Positions 12,156 to 24,942 of a DNA stretch of 64,000 nucleotides are shown here, piece by piece. The position numbers were made by a program, and so were the translations under genes. The stretch comes from Adineta vaga. Its lineage: Eukaryota; Animalia; Rotifera. The stretch is from positions 5,394,001 to 5,458,000 of the forward strand of contig CP075497.1 in the NCBI GenBank assembly GCA_021613535.1, in the 5' to 3' direction. Below the pieces are notes generated by a model. That model worked only from the letters and a program-made list of their open reading frames with translations, made no database searches and was not told the DNA's origin. How positions within the stretch are numbered: position 1 is the first letter of the stretch; every line of letters begins with the position of its first letter.

Positions 12156-15100
12156 ATGACTTCGACTTCGAAAGGACTTTCAACACAAAAATCTTTGGAA
12201 ATCAAAACCAAATCAATTGAAACAACACTTGTACCACTTGTTACACAGATATCGACTTTAGTTAATTTCAAAGAAAAACCTCGATCATCATCGACTACGA
12301 ATGAAAAAACTCTCAATGCTATTAATCGTGTTGGTGAAGCTGTACATATGGCAGTGGAACGTTTTGTTTCCGTTGGTAAGTTCAATTCATTTGCTTTTGA
12401 AAATCATATCGATCTTCCTTCTTCGTAGGAGAAACAATTGGAAATGAAAATCCTGAAATCAAATCTGATCTAACCGATGCTTGTCGTGAAGCACGTACGG
12501 CAGGTAAATTAAGTATTTTCTTGGAATATATTGTCAAGTTTTTATCTAGGTGAAGCAATCAAACGAATTACTTGTGTTGAATATGATACATTAGGAAAAC
12601 CAGTATGTGTATCCGATCGATATAGTATGGTACAAGCTGCTCGTGGTCTATTAAGTGCTGTGACACGTGTTTTACTTCTTGCGGATATGGTTGTTGTTAA
12701 ACAAATTATATCTATTAAGAAAAAAGTAATTAAAATCAATCTGAGTTTTTCTTTTCTATTAAATATCTTGTTGAATTTTTTTTCAAGGTGATATCAACAT
12801 TGAATCGACTGGAAGGAGTCATGTCATTTTCAGACTTTGTCAAAGTATTTGGAGTATATGGTAATCAAATGGTTGATTTAGCACATCTAACAGGAGATCG
12901 ACAAAATGTAAGTTAAATCGAAAATTGTTTTGATATTGAGATAACAGAGCATAACAAATTTCGTTAGAGAGTTTCAGAAAAGAAAATCGATTAAGTATGA
13001 TTGAATTAGACGATTAAAAACTTACGAATAACTAAATTAAGGTCTCGTGTTCCTTTTAATTTTACTTATCAATATAATGAAGACAAACGTTAAAACATTG
13101 CGAGTTTCATTAAACTTTTGATTGGTTGTATAAAAAAAGAAACATTTCTACTCCTAATTCAATTACTTTAAGTGTTCCGAAATCTAATATTATTATATTT
13201 AGGATCTTAAAGACGAACGTCGTCGTTCACAATTATCAGCATCGCGCACGATTCTCGAAAAATCAACAATGCTCATCTTAACATCATCAAAAGTATATTG
13301 ATTAAAAATTCATAATTCAATTCGAAAAGTTTCCCTTTTCCTTCCAAGGCATATCTTCGTCATACTGACTGTTTACATTCTCGTAAATGTCGTGATCTTG
13401 TCTATGGTCAAGTTCGTCGTGCTCTTGATATGGTACAATTGATTGTATATGATTCGGGTTCGACAACATTGAATACTACACCTACATTAACACTTCTTCT
13501 TGCTAAAAATGAAATTAACTTTGTTAAATCTTTACGACAATTCGAAGTAAGTTTTCAACAAGAAAAGAAAAACACAATTGTTTATCTTTTGAAAATCGTT
13601 TAGTATGCAGTTGAAATGTTAAATGCATCATCGACATCAACTACAAAAGAACAATTAGAACAATTATGCAATACAACGATTGATAATAGTCAAGATTTTA
13701 CGGACTCAATTTATATAAGTATTGAACAACGTGAGAAAGTTCTTGAATATCATAAAAAATTACACGAACAATTGGATGATATTATCAAACTTATTTCTGA
13801 AGTTTGCTTCATCGATTTAATATGTACTTTGTTTTTGAAGTATTCCGTTTTTTTTAGAAGCAAAATGAAACACTTACAGTAGCAATTCAAACAATTCAAC
13901 AAGTGGCAAGAGAATTTCGTCAACAAGTAAATCAACACTTATCAAGATTGATCATCTTGACTTTTTCGATTTTTAGTTGGAACAAATGGCAATGCTTCGA
14001 GCATCCGAATTCTTTCGAACACATGATGAAAGTGTTTTACTCAATGAATTGAAAACTTATTCATTAACAGGCAGAACTGATCTATTATTAGAATCAATAG
14101 ACAGATTTCGAGAACAAGCAGAAATTGCTATTGAGGTCTGATTTAATTTAAAGAAACAAATGTATAAAATTTGTTTTTTTTAGCTAAGTAAATTACTAAG
14201 ACATATCAGTTCATGTGATCAATTACAAGTATCAAGTGAATATCATGAAATGGTTTTTCAAAATTTATCTCATATTGTATGGTGAAAAGTACTTTTTATT
14301 GATGATAGAATTTTTGATTGCGGTTTTATTAGATAATTGAATCAACTCAATCACTTGCGGCATATCCAAATAGTCGAGTTGCAAAAGAAAATCTAGATGT
14401 TATATGTCGATTTTGGGAACAACAAATTAATGATTTTTCAGTTCTTGTCAAAGAAATTCAAGATTTTATTGAAGGTCGTGGTGAAAAATCGGTATATCTA
14501 TCATTACCAAGACCGGGTAAACATGGTACAACATCTAAAGGTATTTTATCTTGTGTTCTTCTTACTTCTTAAACAAAAAAAGGAAACAACAAATATTTAT
14601 TTTTCAGCCGGTTTTAAACCAAGCAAACTTGACTCAGATGAACAAGCAAAAATTGCAAAAGTCGGTTTAGAAATGAAATTAGTTACAGCAGAAATGGATG
14701 CTGAAGCAGAAAAATGGGATGATCCACAAAATGAAATTGCTAAAGTTTGTCCATTGATCTTTCGAACAAAAAAAAAACGATTCTATTTCATTAGCGTGCA
14801 AAAAATATGTCATCAATGGCTTTTTCAATGTATTTATTTACACGAGGCGAAGGAACACTTCGTACGACACAAGATCTCTTCACACAAGCGTATTATTATG
14901 TAGAAGAAGGTACTCGTCTAGCAGCGATCATTCAAGAATTTGCAAATCAGGTAAAGACGATGATGATGATGATGAAAGTGATAAGATAAGTTTTTATCTT
15001 GAAATGATATTTAGATACCAAATAAAGCTTCACGACAAGAAATTCTCGTTCAATTAGATCGAATACCATTGATGTGTCATCAATTGAAATTAAAATTAAA

Positions 15101-15535
15101 GACTCCTGCTCTTACAAAAGCAGCAACATTTTCAAAAGTCAGTTGAAATCAACGATTCAAATATATTTGAAAAAAAAAGTTTTTCTTTAGGTTGATGCTG
15201 TTATTTGTGAAACAAGAGATTTGATGAATATTGTCAGTCGATTATGTTCGATAGTGTTCATTTGTCAGTCAAAGGTAAAAAATTTGATTCACTACATGGA
15301 AAAAGATTAATTTCTACTTTATTTTTAGTACAATATAATTGATTATCGGCCAACTGCACCGACAAATCCACCGACTCATTCTCGTCCTCCACTATCTGCA
15401 TCGAAACGTTCAGTACTTTATCGTGCTGCATCGATCGAACAAAACGATCGTTTTGATAATAAACCTGAACGTTCTTTTCGTTCATCATCTTTACAACGTC
15501 CATCGAATTATTTACCAGCTTTTGATCATATCTAA
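12156..15535 (+). CDS. CTNNAL1: Alpha-catulin, multi-exon
   Basis: LEIKTKSIETTLVPLVTQISTLVN; MVQAARGLLSAVTRVLLLAD; LDSDEQAKIAKVGLEMKL; MAFSMYLFTRGEGTL are alpha-catulin motifs. Confidence 0.92.
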
Positions 15536-15808
15536 TTTCTTTATTTGCATTTCTCATTGCGAATTCATGTTTTTTTCTTTCTAATATGTTTATTCTGTGT
15601 GTGCGTGTGTGTTATATTCAATTCTATACTAATATTAGTCAATTTTATCATCTCAGAAATGTACATCGATATTTTGTAGATTTGTTTTTCTTCTTCTTCT
15701 TTTTTTTGTATAGAGTGTTTGTTTCCTTTTTCTTCTTACAAACAGTTTGTGCGTTGAAAAATTACAGAAAAAAAAATATGATAAGATAGATTAAATAATA
15801 ATGGCAAA

Positions 15809-16145
15809 TCATTTTCCACTCTTGTTTTCATACTAAATAGGATGTGAATATACATATGCAAATACAAATGAAATTGGATTTTACTTTTTTAAGAATCCAT
15901 TGAAAATCGTTGTAGAATTTCTTGATGATTTCATTAATACGTTGAGGATCTGTTTCGTCAGCATGAGAACGAAAATTCTAGAAGAAAAGAATTCTATGAA
16001 AAATATTCAGGGAAAAAATGATTAGTAAAATATGTACGCCTTTGATATAATTTCGATAGTATGGTTGACTTTCAGTGGGAAGTTTTGGTATTTGACGTAG
16101 TAAATATTTATAAAGTTGAATGGGTGTTTCTGGAATTCCCTTCAT
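15809..16145 (-). CDS. LYRM9: LYR-motif protein 9, 3 small exons
   Basis: Spliced translation MKGIPETPIQLYKYLLRQIPKLPTESQPYYRNYIKG/NFRSHADETDPQRINEIIKKFYNDFQWILKK/YENKSGK*, matching LYRM9 (PLQLYRYLLR...FRVHSDE.NPERIQQII...WI). Not in the ORF track. Confidence 0.85.
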
Positions 16146-19144
16146 GATTCTATTAACAATAGAAAGTAAGATATAAATAGATTAAAGCGCTATGTATATG
16201 ATTGGTTTGTTAAAAGTACCCATTAGAATAAAATATTTTGTGGTTTACGAAAGACAAGACAAGAGAATGTAAAATTTCTAATTTTTATTGTCTGATAAAT
16301 AATTGAAGGGGAAAAAACATTTTTTTAATATGGGATAAATTGTATGCATGGAATTCATTTATTGTCATTGTCGCTTCAATGAAAACAGTCTGAAAATTAA
16401 ATATTGTTTATATAATATATATAATAGATAACAGACTATCCGTATTCAGTAAACTGATCATAATTGTAGTCTGCGAAAATTTATACATCATTTAATCGAG
16501 ACGAATGATTTCTATGACGAAATTTAGAAACTTCGTAATCATAACGCAATTGTGCACAGATAATTTCTTCGAAACAAAAAAGTCCTAATAATCTGTTATC
16601 AATTAGTATAAGTTACACTTACTAGCGAATACATCATATGTTATTCAATGTATCTCATCGTAGAATGATTGACTGGACATTCTCGTTTTGATTCTTCTTT
16701 CAACAATAAACTGACGATCAATCATGTATTAGTTAGTGAAAAGATAGGCTTATAGACATTCTATTGTTATTAACTGATAACACGAATCAAAATAAATATC
16801 ACAATTGAATGGATAATTACACATACTGATAAGGTAGCATCATCTTTCACCTTCATTCTTACGTAAATAAACAACATCTTTCGTTTGTGGTTTGTCTTCA
16901 GACGAAGACATTATCTTCCAATGTAAGTATATGTTTTTCTTTTTAATATTGCTACCTTATTTCTTTATAACCTTGATACTCATGCTACGTAAGTAGAAGT
17001 ATGTCAAGATTATCGATGACGAAATTATTGATTGACGAATAAAGAATAGAAATAATGATGGTTGGGTTGGACATCATAGTCTAGCAGGTGTTGAAAGCCA
17101 GAAGGTTAAATATTCTTCTGATATATATATATATATATATGTGCATCTGTATATATATTCTGGAAAGAAAATCTATCGAAGATTATATACATATGAACTT
17201 GATCAATCATGAATAGACATGCTTAGAAAAGGAATGTACCATTCATCAATTAGTTTCTTATACTTTCTATCTTTTCATGGACAGAAGAAAAAATCGAGAA
17301 AGTTAATACTTATTCATTCTTGATGTGTCCTGTCCTAACAACGTTATGGCTGAGATTCCCGACATAGTTAAGCGTTTTTTTCCTCTCTCTGTCCCTTTCA
17401 CTTTGATCGAAGATTTGGACACAGCACATCTGATCTTCATTTACATCGAAATGTATTAGAATATTATGTATCATTGCCTTTTTTTTGACATCATTTCGAC
17501 AGTCAGTTATCCTTCTATGTTATTATATAAACAATAGAACATTTTTCGATTAAAAAAGATCAACGACATGTCAATATCTATTGACTAGTTCTATTAATCT
17601 TACAAACTATTCGAATCATCGAAGTAGAATGACAAACACATATATACCGATTGAAATCTAAAGTATGTGACGTTCGTATTTCTGACAAAAACTTGACCTT
17701 GTCTGTTTTGATTGCTATTAGCATTACCGCAGACGTTTGCATATTCTACTTAATAAACTGAAGTTACATTACAAGATACTTATCTCATTATTAAGCTCAT
17801 ATTTCATAGAAAGGATACCACTCGTTCGACTTTTCATCGATATTTATAGGGTTAATCCTTACCTTTCTCTCGATTATATTCAAATGATTTGAGATGAAAA
17901 CGAAATTATCAATGTATTATAAGAATTAAAATTTCTTTTTCATTTATTCGGTATATAGGCTACGCAGATATCAACATACGTTGGAAATATATGTTAAAAT
18001 ATTCTCTCGACAATGTTAACATTCTTTGTTAAAAGCAATAAATTTAAATAACCTTTCGTTTCTTTGTTTCTATTCTGATTCACCGATGAAATATTTTCAT
18101 CTACTGATATGCAAAACAGAAGAGGCGAACAACGATGTATGACTGTGTGTGTGTGTGTAGGGAGAGAATAGAAAAGCATGTGGTGAAAAAAGTGTACGTA
18201 AAACTAATAGTATAGATAGTTGATAATTAATCGACGTTTAGAAAAGAAAAAGAAGCGTTAGTGATCAAAGGTAAGATACTTGCATATATCGAGAATGTCT
18301 ATATATAGATCAGTAGTTATCGTTGAAGATTTATAAGATTGCACCGTAGTTCTTTTCTATTCAAGCATGTTCATCTGTGAAGCGTAACCATAATCATACT
18401 TCGTATGCTTATTACGGTATATAGAAATGATTAAAACTATAGATTTTTTACTCATATTTCATACATTGGCAAACGTTTTGACATGTGTCCTTTCAGTTTT
18501 CGATGTTTTTCGTATTTATAAGATTGATTTCGAGTATGTACTTCGACATTATCAAAATACACGTATATTCATGCAGAACAAAATTGATCAGAAATACCAA
18601 TATGTTTTTCTTGTTTATACTTTCGTTTCTCTGTGTCTTTAAAGGTATTTCTTTCCTTTCGTTTTTATTTTGTATTTTTCTCGCTTCTCCTTTTTCTCCC
18701 CCTTTTTCTCTCTTCGCTTTTTTTTGCATTGCACAAACTGTCTTGTTGTTTTCTTTTTCCCACTCTCTCTCTCTCTCTGTCTCTGTCTCTGTCTCTTTTC
18801 TCTTGTCTCACCATAACATTGGTGACGAAGAGTGTTATTGCTACTCAAGCATTCTTCAAACTTATTTTTTGTATCTGCATCATCAGCACCATTAAACCAT
18901 AATAAGAATAATAATCGTAAGTTAATAAGAAAAATTTATTCTTGTATAAAGTGTAAACTATCAATACAGACACAATACGAGGGTCGATTGTGTTTAGATA
19001 TGAATATTTTCTTTTTTTCATTTGCTACTTTCATAATAGACATAAATATGAGAAAATATCCATGTATTGTTAAATGTCATTGTTTGTAATAATGCTTGAT
19101 TGAAAGAAAATAAGAATTCCATTTCTTTTCATTCTAGTTGAAAC

Positions 19145-20614
19145 ATGACGAGATTTTTATTCATATTTATATTGAGTATATTATTATTAAATTTAATCGA
19201 TTGTCGTTATGCAGAATGGGAAGAGATAAAACCATATTGTGCTGTTCGACCAAATCCACAATGTTGTTATAGTCGAGATGATGATTGTTTTATGCCATAT
19301 TATGATTCGCGATGTTATTGCGATACATTTTGTTTTCGTGGTATTGATAATCATGATTGTTGTCCAGATCATGATTCATTTTGTGAAGGAAAAAATTTTA
19401 CAACACCATTTACAACACCAAGACCAACACCACGACCACAACCACCTCCAGTACCTATTCAAGAAGGTACATGTTATGATACACTAACTGGTCGACAATA
19501 TTCATTAGGTGAATCATTTTTACGTGATTGTAATTTATGTCGTTGTATTACACTTGGTTTTGATACCACCTTATCATGTGAAGAAGATTTATGTGTAAAC
19601 AGTCCTGATCTTATTTCATATGTTAATAATAAACAACCATATCTTGGTTGGACAGGAACAACTTATGATAAATTTAATGGTGTTAAAGTTAAAGATGCAT
19701 TAAAGCATTATCTTGGTACTATACCTGATCGAACATTACGTAATATGGTAGATAATGCTCCCGATGATCCGAATGAATATTTTCGTATGGATGAAGTGAA
19801 TTCATTTGATGCACGTACTTATCAAAATTATGCCGGTAAAATTCGTGGTATTCGTGATCAAGGTAAATGTGGTATATCATGGGCACTTTCTACAGTCGAT
19901 GTTGCTTCTGATCGTCTTGCACTTGTTCAAAATCTCAAATGGAAAAATGAACAATTAAGTGTACAAAATATTTTATCATGTACAGATCCGGAAGCAAAAG
20001 ATGGTTGTGATGGCGGTCGTGTCGTATATGCTTGGGGTTTTATTAAAGATCGTGGTGTTGTTACAGAAAATTGTTATCCATATGAAAGTGGTACAACAGG
20101 AAATATTACCGAATGTAAACTTCATCTATCGGATAGTGATTTACAAAATATTGCTCAACATCGTAAAGTTACAAATATTAAATGTCCTGCAAATATGAAT
20201 GGTGAACATTTCAATTTTGGTCCTGCTTATCGTGTTCGTGATGAAGCACGTTCAATTAAATATGAAATTCATTTCCGTGGTCCTGTACAAGCAACTATGC
20301 GTGTTACACCCGAATTTTTCTTATATAAATCTGGTGTTTATCGTTGTGGTGGTGCAAGTTATGATCGTCAAAATCCACGTTATGCTAGTTTGGCCGGTTA
20401 TCATTCAGTTCGTTTACTCGGTTGGGGTACAAGTATCGATCCAAATACTCAACAACAAGAAAACTATTGGATTGCTGCTAATTCATGGGGTACAGGATGG
20501 GGTGAGGGTGGTTACTTTCATATTCGTTTTGGTGAATGTGAAGTTGAAGAATCAATTATTGCAACATATGGTAAATCAACTGATGTTCTTAAACAAAAAA
20601 ATAAACGTCAATAA
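19145..20614 (+). CDS. TINAGL1: Tubulointerstitial nephritis antigen-like (Swim/F26E4.3-type) secreted, catalytically inactive papain-family protein; coding region intronless
   Basis: Signal peptide; somatomedin-B-like CYCDxFC...DCCPD; QGKCGISWA (catalytic Cys replaced by Ser); YHSVRLLGWG; AANSWG. Confidence 0.9.
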   Translation: MTRFLFIFILSILLLNLIDCRYAEWEEIKPYCAVRPNPQCCYSRDDDCFMPYYDSRCYCDTFCFRGIDNHDCCPDHDSFCEGKNFTTPFTTPRPTPRPQPPPVPIQEGTCYDTLTGRQYSLGESFLRDCNLCRCITLGFDTTLSCEEDLCVNSPDLISYVNNKQPYLGWTGTTYDKFNGVKVKDALKHYLGTIPDRTLRNMVDNAPDDPNEYFRMDEVNSFDARTYQNYAGKIRGIRDQGKCGISWALSTVDVASDRLALVQNLKWKNEQLSVQNILSCTDPEAKDGCDGGRVVYAWGFIKDRGVVTENCYPYESGTTGNITECKLHLSDSDLQNIAQHRKVTNIKCPANMNGEHFNFGPAYRVRDEARSIKYEIHFRGPVQATMRVTPEFFLYKSGVYRCGGASYDRQNPRYASLAGYHSVRLLGWGTSIDPNTQQQENYWIAANSWGTGWGEGGYFHIRFGECEVEESIIATYGKSTDVLKQKNKRQ

Positions 20615-21492
20615 AATAACGAAAGAGCAACAACGAACTGAACTTCGCTCTCGGTTTCTTTCTCTTTCTTCTTTTTCACCCGTATTTTTTCTCTCCTAAT
20701 TTTATTTGTGCAGTGATGCTTTGAACAGTCATTATTGATGTTGTCCGTGTGTCTTGTAGCGTAAGTTTCGTCCTTTATATTTAGATTTTGATATAAACAA
20801 GATTTATTCTCGTATACATATGCATCATGAAACTGTAAGTGATATATTCTTCTTCACATCTTTATCGTTGAAAGAGAAAACTCTTCTCAATTCTCTTTGA
20901 CGTAGGATGGGAAAGAAGTATAATTGTTGTTTACTATTATTTGCATCTATTATCTATTTTGAAAGAAAATCGCGAACTATGCTAATGATACATATTCGTC
21001 AATTATCTCACATACCATCATAAAATGAGGAGGGGTATTACTTCTCATATTTCTTCTTCTTTTTTTGACTTCGACACATGTTTATGTGTGCATGATACGA
21101 TAAGATTAATCTCATCATGTCGACAGTTGCTTATTATTGTTACTGTTGTTATTATTGTTGTTGTTGTTGCTATTTGCAACATTAATTCTTATATCTGTCC
21201 TTCTTCATCACGTTTTCTTCGTATATGGACAGATTTTCTTTTATCTTGATTTAATCGACCTTGTCACAGTCACTATTCAATCTTTCAGATTAGTTTTGTT
21301 TCGCTTATTTCACAAGTATAAATTAATATTTTCAATGACAGTTTACTGGTTTTACTGCCATGTCATGTAGAGAAAAATGACTTCTAGGGTAAAATGTAAA
21401 AACGAAATTGTATATTTCGATTATGATCAGATCAATGGAAGGTAAACACACGTTTTTGTATTGATAGTATAAGTACGTTTATAGTCGATGTT

Positions 21493-21664
21493 ATTCATAT
21501 CGTCAATAGAAAACAGTAAGACGAAAAAAAAGTATATCGTATGTTGAATGAATTTAATGATTAGACTAGTTATTTTTTATTTTTAAAGAAAATGTATATA
21601 GAGCAAGAGAATATAACGTCAGCATAGAAAAAAAAATCTGAAAAGAGAAGAAGAAAAAAAAATA
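21493..21664 (+). repeat. Direct repeat copy 1 (~170 bp) of 28888-29063
   Basis: attcatatcgtcaatagaaaacagtaagacg...aatgattagact.gttattttttatttttaaagaaaatgtatatagagcaagagaatat is shared with copy 2 with few substitutions. Confidence 0.9.
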
Positions 21665-21690
21665 ACCGATTGGAATCATAATTATTTACA

Positions 21691-21838
21691 GGCGACCGGA
21701 TCGTCAGCCTGATGAAGATCCGACCACCCTACCCCTTAGCATTCCAGGAGAGGGTTAGGTTACCCTTCGAGGGGTCTGTAGAAACTTATAGAAGTTCCAT
21801 TAGACTCCTAAGTTTAATTTTCAATGACAGAGTTACAC
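21691..21838 (-). other. GC-rich island with consecutive stem-loops (structured element or LTR-like fragment)
   Basis: Minus-strand stems GGUGGUCGGAUC/GAUCCGGUCGCC, ACCCU-CUCCU/AGGGG-U-AGGGU and GGAACUU/AAGUUUC are completed by G-U pairs on the minus strand; begins TGTAAC at 21838. Confidence 0.45.
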
Positions 21839-22078
21839 AAGAAAACCTGTGCTATTACTTCTTATATAGCAGACCACGACGTCTCCTTGATACTTACATA
21901 TTCGATTTTTTTTACTTGATACACAGCGTTTAACAACTAGGGCACTGCGGTTAATAGCATCGATATCGTGGTGTCATTCAAACAGCAATTGCGAGAAAAT
22001 GAAGTTCTCATTTTTCAGCAGCATTTTCAACAGAATTTTAATTCAACGGTTCCATAAGTTACAACATTCTGAATTTTG

Positions 22079-24270
22079 CTTCGTAAGAATTTTGCAACTG
22101 ATAGATCCGAATTCACAGAAAATAATTATTTGAGAAGATCAAGAATGAGCTAATACTTATGATGAAATTCTTGGTCAATATATGATGAATATTTCACAAG
22201 GGTTATCTTCAAATTGAATAAGATAGACAAAGAATCACACATAAAATATTAACAATGGGACAAGTTTCAGAAGAAATCTCTTCTAGTTTTGGTGATTGTA
22301 TAAGTGTTATCATTAATGACGATAATGCCGAGAAATTTATTCTTCAAATTGGCACTATTAATAAAACAAACTGATCATCATCATCATCTGATTTAACTTG
22401 ACTAGGAATTGAAACTATTGCAAAAGTTTATATGGTTTATCCTAACGTTGATGAAAATGGTGAAATTGAAATAGTAATGGATTGGATCTAAGAAACTGAT
22501 GGAACATCTATCAAGAGAAAGTTTTAGTGACAGAAGATATTGTGAAAATTTTAGGAATTGAAACTGTAAGAAAAGCGATTGAAAATGAAATGAATCATTG
22601 AATTTATTTGATAAATCTTATGTCAATTATTGACATTTAGCACTTATTCATGATGTGATCACAACGAAAGAACATTCAATGATTATTATACGACATAGAA
22701 TTCAATTCACAAGATGTTCCTTCCATTATAATATGCTCTTTTCGAGAAACAGTTGATATTTTTATAGAAGATGTTGTACATACTGAATTTGATTTATTAA
22801 AACGGTTTCGGAAAATATTTTTCTAGGATAATTAACTCGAATTAGTACTAGATCATTATAATTCTGATTAGATATGAAAAAATATTCATCAGTAATGGAA
22901 CTACTAATGAGTTTTTTATCTGAAGAACTATTTGATCTGATAATGATTGTTAAAGATAAAGAACTATTTATTGAAATCGATCGTTCAAATTCAAACATCA
23001 CTGAATATTCACCATCATCTTATCATTAAATCTTATCAATATCATCTAATTATTATTCTCCATTATCAAAAATTCATTATTCTTTAACATCAATTGCTTT
23101 TTCACCGATTTCTCCAACAGCATCAAGATATTTGTTAGTGGATCACAGTTCAATTTATCGATCGAAATCACTTCATTAGAAATTCATCAATTTTTCTTTT
23201 CTCGATTTAATCTTTGTTTATTTGATATAGTCCAATAAATCTTGAATATAGTTGAATGACAAGTACAACTTATTCTGAAACAGGAGAATGACAAGTTTCA
23301 ATATCACCAACATATTCAGTTCAAAATCCATCATTGAATAATCTATCTCATTTAAGCAAAGGTTTCTTTTCTTTTTCTTTCTTATATTTTAATCAAAAAA
23401 ATTATTCTTTTAGAAATCACTCTCTCAAACATCGTCTAAACCTATTCAGTTTAACAAGGTCCTATTAAATGATATGTAGTTCTTCGTCTCTTGGTTAATC
23501 TCTATCAAGTCCAAGTAAGAAACATCTTTTCTTTTCTTCTGTATTAAAAACAAATTGTCAATTGAAAGATGTTCTCCCTCATCTTATTCATCATCAAGTC
23601 CTTCACACAGAAAGTTTATATTAACTTTATTGATTGATTGATATTTTATGTTTTATTTCTTTAGCTCGAACAAGTCCATCACACAGTGAGTTCTCTATTT
23701 GATAGAAATCCTGTTCTGATAATTTTCTTTTTTTCTAAGTCAAACATCATCTAGTTATATTTCGTTGATAATACAATTGTTACTAGTAGCTTGTGTATGT
23801 TGAATACAATCCTTGTTCAAAGGTCCAATATTTCTCACATACAGAAAGTCGATCGAAGAAATAGTGATGTATTAAGATCCAACCTCTCGGAGTTATTCTC
23901 CGAATGATCATAGTGGAAGTAGAGCATCTACTATCTATTTTCCAAGTTCATCAGTTTCTAATCAATTCAATTGAATATTTTCCGGTAGTTAATCAGCGTA
24001 TTCATCATCATTATCTTCAACTTCTCCTCAATACAGATTTCATTTTAACTTTCTTTTTTATAATTTTATTTTCAATAAAAATCAGTCTTTCAGTCCAAGA
24101 CGGCCGATCTACAATTAAAACATTGATACATCTCATTGTAGGTAATATTCATTTATTAAATAGAATAAATCAACCACTCGTTTTACTTTAACATCTCCAG
24201 AGTCATTGAAATAATTATGGAGATTCAATGGATTCACTTTGAGTTAATGACGAAAAACAAAGATCATGAA
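22079..24270 (+). pseudogene. POLR2A: Decayed fragment of the RNA polymerase II largest subunit (RPB1) C-terminal part plus degenerate CTD heptads
   Basis: Translations with stops/frameshifts: DPNSQKIII*EDQE*; LQIE*DRQRITHKILTMGQVSEEISSSFGDCISVIINDDNAEKFILQI; GIETIAKVYM; DWI*ETDGTS; LGIETVRKAIENE; SYVNY*HLAL; CSFRETVDIF; ENIFLG*L; followed by YSPSS/SPTYS/YSP remnants and short intron-like tracts. Confidence 0.88.
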
Positions 24271-24454
24271 CGTTTTTCCTAACAAATACAAACACATTTC
24301 TTTTCTGATTGAAACGATAGAAAATAAAGAGAGACAAACAAAAAAAATTCAACCTATTGACGATGATTGTCCTTTCTTTGTCTAAAACTATTGATACACT
24401 ATTAATACAACTACTATAATGTATGATACTTGTTCAGAATATGTGCATGGGATC

Positions 24455-24942
24455 TGTGCATTTATGAAGAAGCAAACATATCCTTGAACTTATCGAAATC
24501 TCCTCATTCATGAATATCTTTGAACGAAAAACAACAGAAAAAGATTAATTTATCAAAATTTATTTTTTTCTTGCTGTTGGAGAACGGCGTCAATTTGATC
24601 CTGTTATTTCTGGATAACGAGGAAGCAAATGTCCACTTCTTGTTGGGGCGAAATGTTATCAAGACTCTGAAGACGGAAAACAAACGGTTATTTTCAAAAT
24701 GAAGAAGAGAAAATCAAAATCATGATCGGAAGAAGAGTCACTGTCGATATTGTGTTCAAACTCTGCCTATCATTATCGATCTTTTTCTCATTTAGTACTC
24801 ACATTAATCCAATTGTTCAATGATTCAATAAATTGCTCAACCATTGAATATATTTGTTTCGTTTTACACAAACAATATGAGAAAGGTATTATCCCTATCG
24901 ATTCCTGTTCTTTTATATTCTTCTCAATGTGCCCGTTGTCAA
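24455..24942 (-). repeat. Left arm of a decayed inverted duplication (partner 25865-26425)
   Basis: Reverse complement aligns collinearly with the right arm, e.g. atgagaaaaagatcgat.atgataggcaga..ttgaacaca.tatcgacagtg and cttcattttgaaaa.aaccgtttgtttt.cgt.ttcaga. Confidence 0.85.

Noticed and set aside
18427-19089. Several hydrophobic or Lys/Arg-rich short ORFs
   Set aside because: They arise from CT/GA microsatellite and T-rich promoter/UTR sequence.
21752-21762. Telomerase-template-like TAACCTAACCCT on the minus strand
   Set aside because: A single short imperfect match that is part of a hairpin stem; no supporting context.
21700-21800. Hammerhead ribozyme (CTGATGA ... GAAAC-hairpin)
   Set aside because: The core words are present, but stem I cannot form and stem II is not adjacent to GAAA; G-U pairing favours the opposite strand.
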